DNA of 37,330 bases from Nemertoderma westbladi (taxonomy: Eukaryota; Animalia; Xenacoelomorpha), in the NCBI GenBank assembly GCA_032718475.1, contig JAUCBJ010000285.1, positions 1 to 37,330 on the forward strand, in the 5' to 3' direction. The first letter of the stretch is position 1. The number at the start of each line of letters is the position of its first letter. The notes beneath the pieces were generated by a model. It did no database searches, was not told the DNA's origin, and worked only from the letters and a program-made list of their open reading frames with translations. The translations under genes were made by a program, and so were the position numbers. Shown in pieces: positions 30,160 to 37,330 of the stretch.

Positions 30160-32759
30160 TCAAATGGAGAGAAGCTACGATTCCTCATCAAGTGCTTGGA
30201 AGGTCCCCCGTAATTGATGGCATTAAAGTTCATTGGACACCCTGATGGACTAAGAAAAGTTTGGAATCCACTAAACATCAGGTATGGTAATAGGACTTAC
30301 ATAGCTAGATACTTGTATGCGAAAGTAGTAGTGCCCAGGAGGTTCCCTAGTAATGGAATCAGAGTTTTCCGATGAGGTTCAGGAGATCTGTAGACAGTTA
30401 GACTGACTGGTTAACTCCTTTATGTTACACCGAGTATGAGAGTCAAACCTCATACGATGAGGATAGCGGACCAGACATCACTCGTTATTACATAGCGAGT
30501 TTGATAAGGTGAGTGAACAAAGGCTTTGATAAACAACAAAGTACGGATCCCTAGAGCGGAGTTAAAAGCGGCATTATACACTACTGCCATCGGCAGAAAC
30601 ATAATGGAACAGATAGAATAATAAATAATCCATTGGATAAAACTGTTTATTGGACAGATGCATTACTCGTTCTAGAATATCTTACTAACGAAGTCTGCCA
30701 GTTCAGCATCTTTGTCACCAACCGAGGAGCTGTTATACTTAGTCGGACTAATATAGACCAATGGAGACATTGCCCTGGAACCATTTATCCAGCCAACATC
30801 GCCTCCAGAGGAGCTACACCTAAAGAGCTGATGGATACGCCAGATGACCCTGGAGGTGGCCCTGACTTCCTAAGTAAAGAGGGGGATGAATGCCCCCCCC
30901 CCCCCATCTTACTATGGCTGAGAACAGACAAGCCAAGGGAGCAGAGACCGTTAAACCAAAAACTCGGATGGGTAAATCAAAACTGTTCAAAACAGCGATA
31001 GATCTGTCGGTACTGCATACTGCAGATGACGATAATAAAGATCCTAAGCAAGTCCCAGTTAAGGCAGTTGTTTATATATGAGAGCGGGATTGGAAGACTG
31101 GTATTCCTGATGTCTTTGAAGGACTCTCTCCTATTATTCACAGAGCGATGGCGTATTATATTTCGTGGAATAGGCTTTGTAAAGCCATAACCTATTCAAA
31201 ACGGTGTTTCCATCACCACTATTCCAAGCCTAAGACAACCGGTGATGCCATCCCATGAGTATTTGAAAAGGTCAATGCCATTAAAGACCTTCCCACTTAT
31301 TGGCTACCTACCACGTTTCTTGCTGATAAGATCACTTACCAGGAGCTTGATGATACCAACAAGCAACTACTGAGACTTCTACAATGTCAATGAGGATCCT
31401 GAGAAGTATATCCTGTTGTTGAAAAATCCACAGAGGATTTATTTTCTAGCATGATGTTTGATGGGTTAATACGTGTCGGAGGGAGATTAACCAACGCACC
31501 CCTTTCCTTTGACACAAAGTTTCCCATACTGGTTGGTAATCTTGAAATACAAATCAAGATGATTGTAGACGTACACAGTAGGCTTTATCATGCTGGTAGG
31601 TAACGAGTTCTTAGCGAAATTAGAACTCGCTATTATTTTAATAAGCCGCTTAAAGCGTTAAATCAAGTTCTTAGGAACTGTATACCCTGTAGGAAAGCAT
31701 TTAGTAGGCCTTTAACCCAGCGAGTGGCAGAATTACCTAGGGAAAGAGTAAGCTGTTATGAACCACCCCTTACTAATACCGGCATGGATTTATTTGGCCC
31801 TATTGAAGTCTATCGCGCTAGAACTATAGTCAAGCGATGGTGCGTTATATTTGTTTGTATGACTTGTAGAGCAATTCATCTGGATATGGTGAATGTTTTT
31901 TCTACCAATAGTTTCATACTCAGTTTACGCTGACAAATCACTCGTTTTGGGACTAGCAACACCATTATTTCGGATAAAGGTACCAACTTCATTGGAGCCA
32001 ACAAGATTAAAGATTACATCAACAACTGGAACCAACGACAGGTAGACGATCAGGTGAAAGTGAAAGCATCCAGCTGGACCTTCAACACCTCCGATGCTCC
32101 TTGGTGGGGAGGAAGTTGGGAGAGACTTATATGTCAAGTTTCAAGTACATTTCACTTTGTAATGTCGTGCCGCGCATATCTCACTGACGAGCTCCTGCGA
32201 ACACTGATGGAATAAATCGCCGCCTACCTGAACAAGAGACTGCTTATGCCAGTCTCCTCAAGTCCAGATTCCCTAGAAGCGCTAACACCCGCACATTTTC
32301 TACTCATGAAGCTGGTGGCCATGCTTCCAACTTCGGATATAAATGACGGGGATGAATACTGCAAACAAACTTGGCAAACTTTTGCAGTTATTATCCCTCC
32401 GTTTCGCTGATCATTTTGAGAAATACTATCTTCCGACGCTGCAACTCTGAACTAAATGGTTTGCGCTGCAACAAAACATCAGCTCTGGAGACATGTTTTT
32501 AATTGTCGATTCGGATCTTCCCCGTAAGAGGTGGCAGATAGGTCGTATCATCGAGACCCATATATCCAACAACGGTTTAGTGCGATCAGTAGAACTCCTT
32601 GTTATGAGGCGAAACCACAAGAAGGAAGGAATAGTCTTCGAGACTCAACAATTCAATCGCCCAGTTGGACCTCTGTGTTTATTAGGGCGAGACCGAGAGT
32701 TGTCCGGCAACTATGGTAAGCAGGAGACTCTACCGACGACTACCTCCCAGTTCCAATGA
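30160..32759 (+). pseudogene. Decayed, internally deleted BEL/Pao element D (gag fragment, RNase H, integrase, DUF5641-like tail)
   Basis: EKLRFLIKCLEGPP...RYGN (~30170-30290); IPRAEL, YWTD, QWRHCPG..PANIASRG; GLIRVGGRL, H..H/CIPC, TGMDLFGP, RAIHLD, SDKGTNFIGA, PWWGGSWERL, LTPAHFL, WQIGRI..GLVRSV; many stops and frameshifts; protease and RT absent. Confidence 0.88.
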
Positions 32760-33127
32760 ATATCTATGGATGCAATAACTCATTATTTATGGGAGTGGGT
32801 ATGTGACAACTTTTCTTTCTTTTGATTGTCTCTATTTTTATATTTATGTACGATTTGTTATGTAATTTTATTTTATATTCGTTTTATTTAATTTTATTTA
32901 GTGGAATAAATTTATAAACAATTATTCAGTAAATTAGTGCAATATCTTACATATTTTTAGATTAATTAGTGTTACAATATATATTTTAGATAACGACGGG
33001 AATAAATTTCTTTTTATCCCTTCCTTACTGTCCGTATATTATTATAAATACGTGATTACAGTAAGATGAAGTACTTATTAAAGTACAATCTACCTTGGTT
33101 CTACTGTACTTTAGGCATTATTGGTAA

Positions 33128-35607
33128 CTACTACTACTAGGTCGAGCGAACTCGGACAGTGGAAATGAGATCCTTCCAGACTTCCCGATTCTCCATAGTT
33201 GTCGCAATTTCATTTCTCCTAATTTCAGTATCCCTTTCATGTTGATCTATATATGTTATGGCCGGTCGTCCACGACTACGCTTTCCATGAGTTGATTGCC
33301 AGAAAAGTAGATCTGGTATGACCTCGTCTTTACTTCGCCAGCAGTGCCCACTGAATCTTAATCTGCATTCACGGAGGGTGGTTGATACAGGTGGTATTGT
33401 ACCATAAAGCTCGGCGTTTGTCATGTGTTGTCTCCAGCACTGCAGGCAGCAGTGCAGGCTGCTGCAAAGAGCATTAAGACCAATCGTGCCAGTGGAGTAG
33501 ATGGTGTTCCCCCTGAGGTCTTTAAAATACCTGAGTGTTTAAAGCTCATCTATCCCATCATAGTAGACATGTACCGAACAACAAGAGTCCCACAAGAAAT
33601 GAAAACAAATAAGTTGGTGCCAGTTCCCAAGAAGGGCAACCTAACACTCTATGGTTCTTTTCGGGGAATCTCATTGATCTCGATTGCTGCAAAGCTATAC
33701 AATAGGATTCTATTAAATCGCATCAGGGATCCCATTGAGAGACTGCTCCGTGGAAATCAGAATGGGTTCCGTAAAGGTCGTGGGACCATGGAGCCCATTT
33801 TGGCACTTAGAAGGATAATTGAAGAATTATCAAAAAAGAAAGACAGGCATCTGGCTGTTATCTTTGTTGACTTCTTCAAGGCCTTTGATTCAGTCTCTCG
33901 CTCACGTATGTTCAGCATACTTTCATTATATGGGATTCCTGATGAAATTATTGCAGCAATCAGATCAGTATACGATGGTTCGACAACATTTGTGTCTACT
34001 GTTGACGGTGACACAGAACCATTTGAAGTGTTATGGGGCGTCCTCCAAGGAGACACACTTGCACCATTCTTGTTCATTATTGTGGTTGACTATGTTCTAC
34101 GCATGTCCTTAGATCATCATAATGATGATGGGGTGATGATAACTCCACCTACTGGCTCCAGAAGTCGAGGAAATCCTGCCAAGTACCTAACTGATCTAGA
34201 CTTTGCTGATGACTTAGGAGTACTCTCAGAATCATTAGAGGGAGCCCAACGGCTCCTCAGCTCATTAGAACATGCTGCTTCTAGTGTTGGTCTTTTTATT
34301 AACTCCAGAAAGACCAAAATTCTGACCGTTAACTTTGAAAGTCCTCAGCAAGTCTCTGATCGGATGAGCATAAGCTCAAAGGATGGTATGCTTGAGCATG
34401 TGGACGACTTCTGTTACCTGGGATCATGGATCCGGAAGTCAGGTGAGGACCTTCGAATACGTAAGGGAAAGGCATGGGCAGCCTTGAATAGGCTTTCCAG
34501 GATTTGGAAGTCACCGAGAATTAATCGGAAACTTAAGGTCCGATTATTTAGAGCAGCAGTAGTTCCAGTACTCCTCTATGGGAGTCCATGCTGGGCTCTA
34601 ACTGCTGAGGACACCAAATCTCTGGATGGCACATTCACAAGAATGCTACGCCGGGTTCATTGTGTCAAGTACAATGCACACATCTCCAACCAGACACTAT
34701 ATAACATTGGAGGTGTCTCATTGGTTCCCCCAAGCTTGACACTAGAACAAAACCGCCTCCGCTTTGCAGGACATTGCTTTCGCCGTGAGGACCAGCCAGT
34801 GCATAATCTTGTACTTTGGCAGCCTCATGGAGTGAATAAGCATGGTGGACAGCCCATGACTTTCTTGAGACGCATCTTAAAGGACACTGGCCTTAAAGAT
34901 GCGGATGATCTAGCAAATGTCATGGGTGATAGGGAGTTGTGGCGGTGCAATTTTGTTGACAAGCCGGCACAGCATTCTTAAAAATGCAGCTGCAATGCAG
35001 CATGCCGATCCTAGTAGTAGTAGTAGTAGTCTCCAGCTGATGTTTAGGGCTGCCCTTAGCAGTCTTGTGTAGCAACCATCAATTCGTTGTTCAAGTGATT
35101 TAGTCAGTGTCCAGGTCTCACCCCCATATAAAAATACACTTTCCACTGTGGCTCGAAAGAACTTTGTCTTCAGGTGCCTGGAGAGATCTAATTTCCAGAT
35201 GGTATCCATTTTTGATAGAGCTACCCAAGCCTTTGCTATCCTAACTTCTATGTCCTTTTTGCTACTCTCTATCCATGATCCAAGGTACTGGAAGTCATCG
35301 ACCTTCCTTAGTTGATTATTATCAATGGTTGTCAAGTTTCCATCAACATTAAAGGACATGAATTCGGTCTTTGTAGCATTTATATGCAATCCAACCTCCT
35401 TAGCAGCCCTCTCCACTTTATTTAGTAGAAGCTGTGCATTTGCTAGGGTATTCGAGAGCAGGGCGATGTCATCCGCAAAGTCGGTGTCTGTGACTGTAGT
35501 TGCCGGATATCTACTACTTCTGCGTTCTTGAAGTGTGAATCCCAGGTCTTCACCCTTTGTGGCCGTCCTCATTGCGTAATCCAGCACAATTACAAATTGG
35601 TTGCAAA
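33128..35607 (-). mobile_element. 5'-truncated RTE LINE, family 2 (host of the nested insertion)
   Basis: DTDFADD, FQYLGS, FLYGGETW, RLRFSGHCWR, RGRP; (TAG)n tail at 33128-33139; 11-bp TSD ATTATTGGTAA at 33117-33127 and 35608-35618. Confidence 0.92.
33439..35028 (+). mobile_element. 5'-truncated RTE LINE, family 1, with uninterrupted RT frame (to 34981)
   Basis: ASGVDG, FRGISL, QNGFRKGR, FVDFFKAFDSV, GVLQGDTLAPFLF, FADD; (TAG)n tail; TSD GTCTCCAGC at 33430-33438 and 35029-35037; no endonuclease domain. Confidence 0.95.
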
Positions 35608-36788
35608 ATTATTGGTAAACGTAGAGTATTAGGAAGGCAAAGTTCAGATCATCGTGTCTCGGCTAAACCATGCTCTGGGTAGACCTTGGAAACGACTTGC
35701 CTCTTCTCATTGACATTGCTTATTGCAATATTGCTCTCATACCATAGTCCTAAAATAATATGTATAGTAGGAGATGTCAATTTAACAGTAAATCTGTCAA
35801 AGTAAATCTGTTAAACCCTTTGACCATCTGAAATTCTAGTCGATTAATATATCGTGGCACCCACCGATATACTTAAAAGACAAAATTTCTAGAATCAGTG
35901 GTTAACGTCCCCAGACATGTTCTGGAATAAATCGGTGCCTATCTTAATTTAAAAATAATAAAATTTACGGGAATAAATTTAAATTCATAACCTCTCATGA
36001 ATTAAATAAAATTTAGGACAATTGTTATAATATTTCCTAAAATTAATCAATTAATAGATCACGGGAGCGGAGATTCACCCTATTACAACAAGTGTGAGAG
36101 AATCCCCTAGCATGCCTTTAAATAGCTGACAAATTTAATAAACGTCACATATAAGGGGAATAATAATAACCACTATTAAATATTAAATAGCATTATTAAA
36201 GCACTATTAAATAGCATCGCAGATCTGTGTGTATGAGAAATACCCTAATTTATTACTGCTAGCTTTGCATAATGTCACCTTGGCAACGACAATGATAGAA
36301 TTAAATATAGTCAGAGAACAATAGAAAGCTTGCCTCATTGAATAGAATGCCTAGTGTATAGTATCTAAGGATACACAACAACAATGTGACATTCTGTAAA
36401 GCATTTGACTAACAGACAACCGGCCCCAAATTGTGCGAATTGTGGCATGAATGTGGAATTTGTGTATTTGTCGGTGAATGTTACTACTAAAGTGTGTTTA
36501 CAGTAGCGAGCCGCAATTGTGAAAGTCGTCCCTTACCTGCGTCCATTATCTCTAGTATCTTGGAGCCCTAGGGACGAACAGTGGAGTGACTTGTGCTGGT
36601 TATTGTTGTCGTTGTGTAGCTACTACGTTGGCGAGAAGCACAGCAATGACAGTACATCAGCGCTGAGGATCTCAGGTTGTCCGGGGGCCGGTTGGGAGGG
36701 TGGTACAGGCAGCCACGCTCGCTAGCCTTTATTATTATCGATAAACTCCCCCATATAAAATGACGGAATTGATAGAGGAAGAGAGGAC

Positions 36789-37054
36789 GAGAACTCAGGA
36801 CCTCCGAGACACCGGCTCCCGAGAATCCAAGACTCTTCATATGCTTGAGAACTCGGGAGCTTTGAGACACCGGCTCCAGAGAATCCAAGACTCTTTGTAT
36901 GCTCGAGAACTCAGGAGCTTTGAGACACCGGCTCCAGAGAATCCAAGACTCTTCGTATGCTCGAGAACTTGGGAGCGTTGAGACACCGGCTCCAGAGAAT
37001 CAAAGACTCTTTGTATGCTCGAGAACTCGGGAGCTTCGAGATACCGGCTCCAGA
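36789..37054. repeat. 58-bp tandem repeat, ~4.6 copies
   Basis: Units start GAGAACT at 36789, 36847, 36905, 36963 and 37021. Confidence 0.95.
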
Positions 37055-37330
37055 TCTTACAAATTTGTCGATCTGCAAATACTCCAGGATTCCGATTACT
37101 AGCAGATTCAATAGAGTGACAATTCTGATCATCTTGAGGTCGTTTGCAAACGTATATTAGATAAACCGCTTACAGCTTTGTGATATACTGTACACATGTC
37201 TGAAAGCCTTCGAGATAACTACCCATCTCTAGATTTTTCGAACATGGTTAAATTGCATTTATATTTCAGATATAGTGAGGCTGGCTATTCGAGTGAAATA
37301 TTACTAGTATTTTATGATTAGTATATTTGA

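Larger units (their letters stand above)
32802..36149 (+). repeat. 3' LTR of element D (~857 bp once the LINE insertions are removed)
   Basis: Follows PPT-like GGGAGTGGGTA (32791-32801); starts TGTGAC; candidate end GTCACA at 36144-36149 just after AATAAA; no second copy to confirm. Confidence 0.55.

Noticed and set aside
34910-35030. C-terminal LLLLLLGSACCIAAAF... of ORFs 34910-35587 and 8166-8474
   Set aside because: Read-through into the antisense (TAG)n tail and 3' end of the inserted LINE; chimeric artefact.
36503-36724. TAGCGAGC...GCTCGCTA inverted ends as a MITE or SINE
   Set aside because: Only 8 bp; no TSD, second copy or convincing A/B boxes.
36568-37160. ORFs over the 58-bp tandem repeat
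   Set aside because: The unit length is not a multiple of 3, and the same peptides recur in all frames.

Overview
Eukaryotic (probably animal) repeat-dense window made almost entirely of nested retroelements; no host gene is recognisable. From left to right: (A) a BEL/Pao LTR retrotransposon with an uninterrupted gag-pro-RT-RNaseH frame on the minus strand (5896 to the left edge, not listed in the ORF track), apparently inserted into an RTE-type LINE (7386-8277), which itself sits in (B) a decayed BEL gag-pro (8278-13955). (C) A complete, young, LTR-bounded BEL/Pao derivative (17539-28600, 5-bp TSD GAAAG) lacks RT, RNase H and the integrase core. It keeps a uORF, gag, an in-frame protease/integrase-C-terminus fusion and an extra 866-aa ORF with a degenerate DEDDy 3'-5' exonuclease-like domain plus CCHC knuckles. 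It also carries four families of repeated RNA hairpins with compensatory base changes, and has no tRNA-type PBS but a 13-nt LTR-complementary site in its place. (D) A decayed plus-strand BEL element has its 3' LTR interrupted by two nested RTE LINEs, each with a TSD. A ~175-bp satellite-like repeat and a 58-bp tandem array are also present. Element C is the best candidate for an undescribed system. All alignments and RNA folds were done by eye.
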